Shown: positions 18,895 to 27,509 of the stretch, piece after piece | Numbering within the stretch: the stretch's first letter is position 1 | Layout: each line of letters begins with the position of its first letter | Source of the DNA: an uncultured Clostridiaceae bacterium | GTDB taxonomy: Bacteria; Bacillota; Clostridia; Clostridiales; Clostridiaceae | Length of the DNA stretch: 64,000 bases | Direction of reading: 5' to 3' | NCBI GenBank assembly: GCA_963791805.1 | Contig: CAWBTU010000004.1 | Span: 172,163 to 236,162 of the forward strand | The notes under the pieces: generated by a model | Seen by the model: only the letters and a program-made list of their open reading frames with translations | What the model was told of the DNA's origin: nothing | Database searches by the model: none | Translations under genes and position numbers: made by a program

Positions 18895-19527
18895 TTGTTA
18901 TATCTAATAACTAATAGAAAACTGGTTGAAAATAATAATTTTTATAATATTATTAGTGAAGCAATAAATGCTGGAGTCTATGCTATTATTCTTCGTGAAA
19001 AGGATTTATCCTGTACTGAACTTTTACCTATAGCAATAAAAATCAAGAATATAATAGGAAATAGAGATGTGAAACTTATCATAAATCAAAGTTTAGATGT
19101 TGCAAACGCTATAGAAGCCAATGGCTTTCATACGAATTATCAAAGCTTTATTAAAACTAAGCCTATTTTTAATGGTATTCTAGGGACTTCAGTTCACAGT
19201 CTAGAAGAAGCTATACAAGCCGAAAAGCATGGTGCTGATTATCTACTACTTGGACATATATTTGAAACAGAATGTAAAAAAGGTATTCCACCTAAAGGCA
19301 TAGAGCTTATCAAAAATGTAAAAAATAAAGTTAGTATCCCTATAATTGCTTTAGGTGGAATAAAACCCGAAAATCAACGTTTGGTTATAAACGCAGGTGC
19401 AAGTGGCATTGGAGTTATGTCTTCAATTATGCAATCTGAAACTCCTTATGCTTTGACAAAAGATTATATAGAAGCAATGAATAACTGCCTCGCATTGCAA
19501 AATCCCCTCAATTATACTAAACTATAA
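18895..19527 (+). CDS. thiE: thiamine-phosphate synthase ThiE
   Basis: 210 aa, LYLITN...ADYLLLGHIFET...ALGGI, TTG start. Confidence 0.8.
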   Translation: MLYLITNRKLVENNNFYNIISEAINAGVYAIILREKDLSCTELLPIAIKIKNIIGNRDVKLIINQSLDVANAIEANGFHTNYQSFIKTKPIFNGILGTSVHSLEEAIQAEKHGADYLLLGHIFETECKKGIPPKGIELIKNVKNKVSIPIIALGGIKPENQRLVINAGASGIGVMSSIMQSETPYALTKDYIEAMNNCLALQNPLNYTKL

Positions 19528-19581
19528 TTAAATTAATTAAAAGTTGAACATCTCTCAACTATGAAATAGAAGGGGTTACAT

Positions 19582-21648
19582 ATGAGAAAAGAACATGTAA
19601 ATTATCCGAAAGACATTCCAATTTCTATTTCCTATGCAACAATAAAACAATACCCTCTCCATTGGCATAACACTATAGAAATTCTTTATGTTCTTAAAGG
19701 TAAGATTGAAGTTACAATAGATTCAGATAAATATGAACTAGTAGAAAAAGACCTAGAAATTATTAATATTAATGAGCCACATACAATTCATAGTACTGAT
19801 AAGGAAAATAGAGTTTTACTATTTCATATAGATCATTATTTTTTCGAAAAGTACTATAGTGATATTGAAAATATGTTCTTCTACACTAATACTACTGATG
19901 ATAAAGCTCAAGAAGGTGAAGAATATGATATTCTTAGAACCTTTTTAGCTAAAATTCTATGTGAAGCAGTTCAAAGACAGGATAACTATGATGAAGAAAT
20001 TGAGGATATTCTTATAGACCTTCTATATCATCTTATCAATAATTTTCATTATTTAATGTATGAAAAGGAAGAGCTTAAGGAAAAGGAACATCAGCTTGAA
20101 AGATATCACAGAATAGCAAAATACATATTTAACAACTATAACGATAACATCACTCTTTCAGATATAGCTAAGCAAGAATTTTTAAGCACTCATTACCTTT
20201 CCCATGAGATTAAAGATGCTACTGGTTATAGCTTTACAGATTTATTAAACTTAACTAGAGTTGAAGAATCTTTAAAGCTTCTTTTAGATACTGACAAAAC
20301 AATTTCTGAAATATCAGATACTGTTGGCTTTTCCCATACAAGATATTTGAATAAGCATTTTAAGATTCATTATAAATCAACACCTCTTCAGTATAGGAAA
20401 AAATATAAAATTAGTGAAGAAGCATTTGAAAAACAGAAAAATATCGAATTGCATGATTTAAAAGAAAGTCTTAGCTTCTTAACTTATTACTTAGAAGATT
20501 ATGATAGGTTTAACTATGAAGATAAAATAACAAAAATTAATATTGATATGTCCCTTGACCAAGGATCTTTCGAAAAAACATTTAAAGAGATAATAAATGT
20601 TGGAGATGCTTTTGAACTTCTTATTGAAGATAACAAGGATATATTAGAACTGTTACAAGAAGAAATAGGCTTTGAATATGCTAGACTTCTAAATCTATTT
20701 AGCATAGATATGGCTATATTCCCAAATTCTAGATTTTATAACTGGAATAGAGCAAGTGATGTACTTGAGTTTTTAGATACTCTTGATATAAAGCCGCTTA
20801 TTGTTTTAGATGATAGCGGCTTTACTTCAGAAGGCTTCTTTGAAGCAATAAAATCCTTCTTAGACTATTTTGAGGAACTAGATACCATAAATATAAATTC
20901 TTTTAAATTTCAGTTTATATCAACAATGAAAGAGCTTGAGATAAACAAAATATCAACTTTCTTAAATGAAGAATACAATTTACAGATATGTAATAAACCC
21001 TTTGACCATGTGGAAAATGTCAATTTTATTTATGATACAGCATATATGTTACCGTATATAATCAATAATGAAGTTAATAACAGGCCTTCACTAGATTTCT
21101 TAAAAGCTTTTGATGTCCTAGACAAACAAGTATCTTTAACTAATGAAGTGTTTTTTGGATATCCAGGATTTATTAATGATAAAGGTATAAAAAAGCCTTC
21201 ATACTATGCGTACTATCTTCTAAATAAACTTGGTGACACTCTAGTTGCTAAAGATGATGGATATATCGTTACTAAAAGTGATAATGAATATCAGATTTTG
21301 TTATACAGCCATCATGATGATATAGACAAATTGCTAACCCTTGAAAGCTTTTCAAAACTTAGGGGTACTAAGAATGCAACTGCAAGAAAACTTTCTTTAA
21401 ATATAGTAAATGTGCCTTCAGCAATTAAAATAACAAATTATGAAATAAACGAAAAGATAGGTTCTTCTTATAATTACTGGATGGACATGGGCAGACCTAA
21501 AAGATTAAATAAAGAGGAGAAAGAAATTCTTCATAAGGCTTCCTTTCCAAAAATATACTTTAAAAGCTACAAAAAAAGCACTATATTTAATGTTCAAACA
21601 AACTTGAATGGATATGGCGCCCTGCTGATTATAATTAAAGAAGTATAA
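19582..21648 (+). CDS. AraC-family transcriptional regulator with N-terminal cupin and ~400-aa C-terminal extension (YesS-like)
   Basis: Cupin-like N-terminus (HWHNTIEILYVLKG), AraC HTH (TISEISDTVGFSHTRYLNKHFKIHYKSTPLQYRKK), then a large uncharacterized C-terminal domain. Confidence 0.7.
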   Translation: MRKEHVNYPKDIPISISYATIKQYPLHWHNTIEILYVLKGKIEVTIDSDKYELVEKDLEIININEPHTIHSTDKENRVLLFHIDHYFFEKYYSDIENMFFYTNTTDDKAQEGEEYDILRTFLAKILCEAVQRQDNYDEEIEDILIDLLYHLINNFHYLMYEKEELKEKEHQLERYHRIAKYIFNNYNDNITLSDIAKQEFLSTHYLSHEIKDATGYSFTDLLNLTRVEESLKLLLDTDKTISEISDTVGFSHTRYLNKHFKIHYKSTPLQYRKKYKISEEAFEKQKNIELHDLKESLSFLTYYLEDYDRFNYEDKITKINIDMSLDQGSFEKTFKEIINVGDAFELLIEDNKDILELLQEEIGFEYARLLNLFSIDMAIFPNSRFYNWNRASDVLEFLDTLDIKPLIVLDDSGFTSEGFFEAIKSFLDYFEELDTININSFKFQFISTMKELEINKISTFLNEEYNLQICNKPFDHVENVNFIYDTAYMLPYIINNEVNNRPSLDFLKAFDVLDKQVSLTNEVFFGYPGFINDKGIKKPSYYAYYLLNKLGDTLVAKDDGYIVTKSDNEYQILLYSHHDDIDKLLTLESFSKLRGTKNATARKLSLNIVNVPSAIKITNYEINEKIGSSYNYWMDMGRPKRLNKEEKEILHKASFPKIYFKSYKKSTIFNVQTNLNGYGALLIIIKEV

Positions 21649-21660
21649 TGAGATATTTAA

Positions 21661-21695
21661 AAGACACCCTTAAAAAAGGTGTCTTTTGTGTTTTA
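21661..21695 (+). terminator. intrinsic terminator
   Basis: AAGACACCCuuaaaaaaGGUGUCUU followed by UUGUGUUUU. Confidence 0.6.
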
Positions 21696-21848
21696 TTGAA
21701 ATTATCAATTTGTGTAAAATAGCACATTGGTACTTTTTTATAAGCAGTTTAGTCAATGTAAAGTTTCATTTTAACCACTATACTATAATTACAGCTTAAA
21801 ATAATATCAAAATAAATTTAAACTGTAAGAAATTCGAGGTGAACCTTT

Positions 21849-23234
21849 ATGGGGATTGACAATAATATTTTCGCAAAAGAAAAAATAAGTAAACTACTTT
21901 TCAGATTTGCTGTGCCAGCAATAATTTCATTATTAATATTGGAACTTTATAATATGGTGGATACAGTATTCGTAGGTAGATATATAGGAGCTAATGCAAT
22001 TGCAGCGCTTACCATAGCCTTTCCTATTCAAAGATTTATTATAGCTATGGGTATGTTAGTTGCTGTAGGGGCTTCCACTTACACTGCTAGAACTTTGGGA
22101 GAAAAAAACATTAAGGATTTGAAAAAAGTAATAATAAATTCATTTAGTTTAACTTTATTGTTACTGATACCGATTTGTACACTTATCTTTATATTTAGAG
22201 AACCTGTTCTTTTGGCGCTTGGTGCTAGCGGCTCAACATATCCACTGGCAAAAGATTATGTATCTATAATACTTCTCGGTGGTGTGTTCCAATGTTTGTC
22301 TGTGGTGGCTTGCTACATAATGGTTTCTCTTGGAAATACTAAAGTAACCCTTTACACTAACTTACTTGGAGCTACTTTAAACATAATAATAAATTATGTA
22401 CTAGTTGGACTTCTGGGCTTTGGAGTATCTGGTTCTGCTATTGCAACAGTTGTTTCTCAAATATCAGCTTTCGCCTTTGCTCTATATAAATTTAGAAAAG
22501 TAAATTCAACTTTTAACATTGACTATACACTAAAAATTGCTTCTAAATCACTTAATAAAAGTATTCTTGCTGGAATTGTAGCCGTTGGATTTTCAACCTT
22601 TATCATAGAAATTGCAGATGCCTTTGTTGCTATTGTACTGAATAACATACTTTCCTCACAAGGTGGAGATATGGCTATAGTGATGGTTGGAATAATTACT
22701 AAAATTTCAATGTTTATGTTTATAGCAATAATAGGAATAAGTTCTGCAATGCAACCAATCGTTGCTTATAACTTCGGTGCAGAAAACTATGAAAGAATGC
22801 AGGAAGCCTTAAATGTTGCAATTAAAACTGTAATAATTACATCCTTTTGCTTCTGGTCAGTACTAATGATATTTTCAAATTCAATTATAGGCTTTTTCTT
22901 AAAGGATGCAGCCTTAGTTAATGAAACTGTAAAAGCATTTAGAATATGTATCTCTCTGCTTCCTTTAGTAGGAGTATATTATATTGGAATGTACTACTTC
23001 CAAGCAATTGGTGAAGCTAGAACTAGTTTCTTACTTTCAATTTATAGAGAAACTATAGTATTTATACCGCTAGCAATACTTCTAGTTCAAATCTTCGGAA
23101 TCAAAGGTGCTTGGATTGCTTATCCAATAACCGATGCTATAGCAGCTTTAACTTCTATCTACTTTATAAAACGAGCTACAAGAGAAACTTCGGATTATAG
23201 ATTAGAAAGGAATTTGTTACATAGCAGAGCATAA
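21849..23234 (+). CDS. MATE family efflux transporter
   Basis: 461 aa, 12 TM. MATE N-terminus FAVPAIISLLILELYNMVDTVFVGRYIGANAIAAL. Confidence 0.8.
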   Translation: MGIDNNIFAKEKISKLLFRFAVPAIISLLILELYNMVDTVFVGRYIGANAIAALTIAFPIQRFIIAMGMLVAVGASTYTARTLGEKNIKDLKKVIINSFSLTLLLLIPICTLIFIFREPVLLALGASGSTYPLAKDYVSIILLGGVFQCLSVVACYIMVSLGNTKVTLYTNLLGATLNIIINYVLVGLLGFGVSGSAIATVVSQISAFAFALYKFRKVNSTFNIDYTLKIASKSLNKSILAGIVAVGFSTFIIEIADAFVAIVLNNILSSQGGDMAIVMVGIITKISMFMFIAIIGISSAMQPIVAYNFGAENYERMQEALNVAIKTVIITSFCFWSVLMIFSNSIIGFFLKDAALVNETVKAFRICISLLPLVGVYYIGMYYFQAIGEARTSFLLSIYRETIVFIPLAILLVQIFGIKGAWIAYPITDAIAALTSIYFIKRATRETSDYRLERNLLHSRA

Positions 23235-23241
23235 ATTTTAA

Positions 23242-23280
23242 AGGGTTGACTCCTTATTTTTTAGGAGTCAACCCTTTTTT
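23242..23280. terminator. intrinsic terminator (strong, bidirectional-capable)
   Basis: AAGGGUUGACUCCuuauuuuuuAGGAGUCAACCCUUUUUU. Confidence 0.7.
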
Positions 23281-23520
23281 ACTTAAATATATCCTTAAGA
23301 GCTATTTCTAAATCTTCAAAAATTACATCTAGAGGTGCATGATAAACCCAGCATTCTTTGCCTTCAAAATAACCACCTAGTTTTCTCTCTATATTAAAAC
23401 TAGTTGCTTTCATGCCTGTCACCACGCAGTATGGATAATATTTTCACACACAATGTTGAAACCTTCATATTATATTTATGTAAAGGGTTTCAATCAAAAA
23501 TATTATGAAAGGATGGTATT

Positions 23521-24819
23521 ATGAAGAAAAATAACCAAAGGAAATTTATTTCATTTTTATTATGCTTCTTTGTTTTACTCTTTGTTCCATATGTATCCTT
23601 TGCAGCAACAACTGCAAATGTAAATGCTAGTATAAAAACTAACATTTACCCTATAGTTATGGTGCATGGTCTTTTTGGTTGGGGTAGCAATGAAATGCTT
23701 GGCGTTAATTATTGGGGAGGGTTAGGACTTAATATAAAAGCTGATATGGAAAAACAAGACCCCAACGTTAAGGTTTTTACGCCAACAGTTGGCTCTATGT
23801 CTAGCAATTGGGACAGGGCCTGTGAACTCTATGCAGAGTTAGTTGGCGGTACAGCTGATTATGGTGCAGCACATTCTGCAAAAGCTGGGCATGCTAGATA
23901 TGGTAGGACATATCCAGGCTTCTATACTAATATTAGTGATGTAAACAAAATACATTTAATTGGACACAGCATGGGCGGAGAAACCTGTCGAGTCCTAGTT
24001 CAATTATTAGAGCAAGGAGATGCTGAGGAGCTAAAAGCTACAGGTGATAAAACTAGTCCTTTGTTCACAGGAAATCATCATTGGGTATGCAGTGTAACAA
24101 CAATTGCAACTCCACATGATGGCAGTTTATATGATGACTTTATGAATAATCTACAGCCATTAACCCAGAAGGTTTTTGCAGCTGTAGGAGCACAAGGGAG
24201 TTTATTAAACTCTAATATCCCTTTATTTGACTTTAAACTAGATCAATGGGGAATAAAAAAGCAACCAAACGAAACCAACTTAGCTTACTTTAATAGAGTA
24301 GCAACCAGTCCTTTATTGACAAAGAAAAATAATGATTTAAGTATCTGGGATTTAGCACCTGCTGGAGCTAAGGAATTAAATTCCTGGGTAAAGGCTCAAA
24401 GTGACGTTTACTATTTTTCTTATGCTTGTCTAGATACACATTTAGACCCAATAACTGGTTTCCAAGTGCCTAATCTAAATATGACTCTTATTCTAGCAAA
24501 ATCTGCTCTTTACACTGGTTGTTATATTAGTAAGCCAACCGACATTGTTAAAGTGGATAGTTCTTGGTGGAAAAATGATGGAGTTGTAAGTGTTCCATCT
24601 GCAATAGGTCCTCACTTGGGATCAACTGATACTATTGTTAACGCAAAAGTTGGAGATACAACTTATAAAATTGGAGTTTGGAACTATCTAGGGTTAATAG
24701 ACAATACAGATCATGTTGCTGTAGTAGGGTTAAATTTTAAATATAATACTAGCGCTGCAGTCGATCCTTTATTTTTTAGTATAGAGAATAGGTTAAGTCA
24801 TCTACATTTAGATAAATAA
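23521..24819 (+). CDS. secreted lipase/esterase (alpha/beta hydrolase)
   Basis: Signal peptide, oxyanion IVMVHGLFGW and nucleophile elbow GHSMGG. It resembles Gram-positive true lipases. Confidence 0.75.
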   Translation: MKKNNQRKFISFLLCFFVLLFVPYVSFAATTANVNASIKTNIYPIVMVHGLFGWGSNEMLGVNYWGGLGLNIKADMEKQDPNVKVFTPTVGSMSSNWDRACELYAELVGGTADYGAAHSAKAGHARYGRTYPGFYTNISDVNKIHLIGHSMGGETCRVLVQLLEQGDAEELKATGDKTSPLFTGNHHWVCSVTTIATPHDGSLYDDFMNNLQPLTQKVFAAVGAQGSLLNSNIPLFDFKLDQWGIKKQPNETNLAYFNRVATSPLLTKKNNDLSIWDLAPAGAKELNSWVKAQSDVYYFSYACLDTHLDPITGFQVPNLNMTLILAKSALYTGCYISKPTDIVKVDSSWWKNDGVVSVPSAIGPHLGSTDTIVNAKVGDTTYKIGVWNYLGLIDNTDHVAVVGLNFKYNTSAAVDPLFFSIENRLSHLHLDK

Positions 24820-24883
24820 ATAAATCTAGTACATGTCGTTAGCAAAAGCCAATGTCATGTACTATACTTGTTATTTTCTAAAT

Positions 24884-25198
24884 TCAACCTACACTTCTAA
24901 ACTCAGAGATATGAGTAACTACATACTCCATACATCCCATACACATTGCAAAGAAGGATAAAACCATTATCAGCATTATTGACCCAAAATCGTATTTCAT
25001 TATCTCTTCTTTATTTATTAAATATGCTACAACTATTTCAATTCCTAGAAATACTAAAATCAGGGGCCACAAAGATGCTATGATTCTATAATTAAAACTG
25101 GGATAAATTAATCTTAGTAAAAACATTGCTCCAAAAACAACCAACACAATTCCAGTGGTAAAAGTTCCCACTCTACGCCCTCTAATCATCAATATCAC
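24884..25198 (-). CDS. small membrane protein (3 TM)
   Basis: 104 aa hydrophobic protein, last gene of the sigma operon. Confidence 0.5.
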   Translation of the reverse strand: MILMIRGRRVGTFTTGIVLVVFGAMFLLRLIYPSFNYRIIASLWPLILVFLGIEIVVAYLINKEEIMKYDFGSIMLIMVLSFFAMCMGCMEYVVTHISEFRSVG

Positions 25199-25706
25199 AT
25201 TCCTTCTTCTTCCCCATAATAAGCTTTATTCCCACAACAATTATCGCAGCACTAATGATTATCTGAGGAGCTACTCTTGTTATATTATCCATAACTCTGT
25301 ATACCTCATAAGGTAAATAGGTGTCTATGTTATTCATTATATTATTCCAAATCATGTGAACACCAAGAAGTAATAGTATTATCCCTACAACTAATCTATT
25401 TTTCTTGAATACGCCTTTATCTATTTTCCCTAATTCATCAAAAGAAAATAAATAGTTATCTTCTAGACTTGAGAACTCTTCATCAGTTGAGTAACGTTTG
25501 TTCATGCAGTCGAAAAATGAATAAAACCAAAGTAATGGTAGCAAATAAAGAAGTGGTCCTATATCAAGCCAGCTTGAAAGAAATAACAAGCTGAAAAAAC
25601 CTGCCATAAATGATACACCCATTTTCATAAAACCCATATACATATGCCCTGCACCAGGCATCATTGAAAAACAAAAGGTTAAGAATTTACTTTTTTTCCT
25701 TTTCAT
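25182..25706 (-). CDS. membrane protein (4 TM)
   Basis: 174 aa. It overlaps the anti-sigma gene end and the next gene start. Confidence 0.55.
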   Translation of the reverse strand: MKRKKSKFLTFCFSMMPGAGHMYMGFMKMGVSFMAGFFSLLFLSSWLDIGPLLYLLPLLWFYSFFDCMNKRYSTDEEFSSLEDNYLFSFDELGKIDKGVFKKNRLVVGIILLLLGVHMIWNNIMNNIDTYLPYEVYRVMDNITRVAPQIIISAAIIVVGIKLIMGKKKECDIDD

Positions 25707-26163
25707 TGCCCAAAACCTCCAAATTAATTATTTTTTGAGAAAAGTGATTAAGACTTTTATTTATTGTGTTTACTGTACTTAAACTAGCTGGATTTACATT
25801 TACTGCCTTGATGTTTGTATTTGCTAAAGAATTTAATGCACCTGAGAAAACAAAAACTAACGCTATACTAGCTGCCATTGTAACTCTAAGTGAATAAAAA
25901 ATAAATTCATTCTTGCTTTGTTTTTTATTCTTTATTTTGCTAAGAACTTCCTCCTCAAAGCCTAAAGGAGCATTTAAAAGTTCACTTTCATTAAAACTAT
26001 CGGCCAAAGCCTCTGCACAATCCTCACAACTACAAATATGTTCTGAGATTAAAACTAACTCACTATCTATTAATGTTCCATCTTTTAGGCCTTCAAGTGA
26101 TATTTTAGTTAAGTGACCGTTTTCTTTAAATAATGCATTACTCAAATAAACTCCTCCTTCCAT
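25687..26163 (-). CDS. anti-sigma factor with zinc-finger motif
   Basis: 158 aa. HICSCEDCAEAL zinc-binding anti-sigma N-domain plus a single TM. It overlaps the sigma gene by 22 nt. Confidence 0.6.
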   Translation of the reverse strand: MEGGVYLSNALFKENGHLTKISLEGLKDGTLIDSELVLISEHICSCEDCAEALADSFNESELLNAPLGFEEEVLSKIKNKKQSKNEFIFYSLRVTMAASIALVFVFSGALNSLANTNIKAVNVNPASLSTVNTINKSLNHFSQKIINLEVLGNEKEKK

Positions 26164-26654
26164 AAGACTTTCAATTGCTTTTTAGCTCTATACAATTGAG
26201 TTTGCAAAGTTTTCAAACTCTGCCCTGTGTCTCTTGCCATATCGGAAAGCTTAATATCTTCACAGAAATAATTTAAGGAAACTGTCCTATAAGGTTCTTT
26301 TAATTTATCACATAAATTATGTATGTCTTCCTTGCTATATTTTTTTAGCAAAGTAGCCTCTGGTGAATCTCCCTTATCCTTCAATTCTTCACAAGCCTCA
26401 TCAGATAAACTGTCAACTGCTCGCATTGGACTCTTAAGAAAGTCCTTACATTTATTTGTTGCAATTCTACTAATCCAAGCCTTAAAATTTACTCCATCAA
26501 ATTTATCATAGTTAATGTAAGCTGACAAAAAGGTTTGTTGTGCTAAATCCTCTGCATCAAAATAATTTTTAGTAAAGGATAAACAAATAGTAATGATTAA
26601 ACGTTCATATTGTTTTATATAGACTTCGAATTCTTCCTTTTGAATAATCATCAC
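26142..26654 (-). CDS. ECF-type RNA polymerase sigma-70 family factor
   Basis: 170 aa. Region 2 (AEDLAQQTFLSAYINYDKF...WISRIATNKCKDFL) and region 4 (LSDMARDTGQSLKTLQTQLYRAKKQLK). RBS AAAGGGGTGA. Confidence 0.8.
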   Translation of the reverse strand: MMIIQKEEFEVYIKQYERLIITICLSFTKNYFDAEDLAQQTFLSAYINYDKFDGVNFKAWISRIATNKCKDFLKSPMRAVDSLSDEACEELKDKGDSPEATLLKKYSKEDIHNLCDKLKEPYRTVSLNYFCEDIKLSDMARDTGQSLKTLQTQLYRAKKQLKVLWKEEFI

Positions 26655-26750
26655 CCCTTTTTGTCCTTACACTTAATAAAACGATTGAGAAAATAAAAAC
26701 ACTTCAAAAAATATTTAATTACAAAACTATTTTACCATATTAAAATAATG

Positions 26751-26787
26751 TCACTTGTCACTTGTCACGTGCCTGGCACCAAAAAAA
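26751..26787. promoter_or_regulatory. 37-nt conserved motif, copy B (reverse complement of 13332-13368)
   Basis: Read on the minus strand: TTTTTTTGGTGCCAGGCACGTGACAAGTGACAAGTGA, 97 nt upstream of the sigma factor ATG. It is followed by TGACAT-N14-TGgTAAAAT (extended -10). Confidence 0.5.
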
Positions 26788-26810
26788 ACACCTGCTGGGG
26801 GATGCAAGTG
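26781..26810 (-). terminator. intrinsic terminator of the RR-HK-ABC operon
   Basis: Minus-strand CACUUGCaucccccaGCAGGUG followed by UUUUUUUU. Confidence 0.5.
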
Positions 26811-26823
26811 TTTTCTATGGGTT

Positions 26824-27498
26824 TTAAACTATCTTAACTTGTTTTAATTCACCGTCACTTAATGCTAGTGAAAAATCAGCTTCTTCAGCAACAGTTTTTG
26901 AGTGAGTTACTACGATTACACACTTATCTAATTTATGAGCCAAATCTTTAAGAATTTCAGTTATTTCCACTGCTGTTTTGCTGTCAAGATTTCCTGTTGG
27001 TTCATCAGCTATTATAACAGGAGAGTCGGTGGCAATGGCCCTTGCTATAGCAACTCTCTGCTGTTGACCGCCGGAAAGCTTTTGTACATTACGATTAGTT
27101 TCATCTTCGGTAAGCCCTAAATCCATTAAAATTTTTGTAGCATATGCCTTACGATCTTCTTTATGAGATCCCGAAATAGACATTGATACCAAAACATTTT
27201 CTACTGCAGTAAGATAATTAATCAAGTTAAACTCCTGAAAAATAAGTGATATATTTTTCTTTCTGTAATTTGTATACCCTATTTTTTTAATACTATTTCC
27301 ATCAAAAAGAACTTCTCCAGAGGTGGGCTTATCAAGTCCTCCTGCAAGGCAAATAGCTGTGGTTTTTCCTGATCCTGATGGTCCAACAATAGCATAGAAG
27401 TTACCTCTTTCAAAACTTACATTTACTTTTCTTAAAATGTCACGGCTATTGTTCTCTTTATATTTAAAATTTACATCTTTAAACTCTAATATTGCCAT
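26824..27498 (-). CDS. ABC transporter ATP-binding protein (MacB/LolD/FtsE-like)
   Basis: 224 aa. GPSGSGKTT, LSGGQQQRVAIARA, IIADEPTGNLD. Confidence 0.85.
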   Translation of the reverse strand: MAILEFKDVNFKYKENNSRDILRKVNVSFERGNFYAIVGPSGSGKTTAICLAGGLDKPTSGEVLFDGNSIKKIGYTNYRKKNISLIFQEFNLINYLTAVENVLVSMSISGSHKEDRKAYATKILMDLGLTEDETNRNVQKLSGGQQQRVAIARAIATDSPVIIADEPTGNLDSKTAVEITEILKDLAHKLDKCVIVVTHSKTVAEEADFSLALSDGELKQVKIV

Positions 27499-27509
27499 TT
27501 TAAAACCTC

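Noticed and set aside
24820-24883. Hairpin AGUACAUG...CAUGUACU between lipase and the convergent membrane gene as a special element.
   Set aside because: It is best explained as an ordinary bidirectional transcription terminator between convergent genes. It has no conservation elsewhere in the window.
13332-26787. The inverted 37-nt repeats as termini of a mobile or invertible 13.4-kb element (skin-like, next to sporulation gene splB and a sigma factor gene).
   Set aside because: There is no recombinase, transposase or integrase inside or nearby. The cargo is housekeeping (thi operon, MATE, lipase). Each copy sits at a fixed distance upstream of a gene start in the same relative orientation, which fits an operator or promoter element better.
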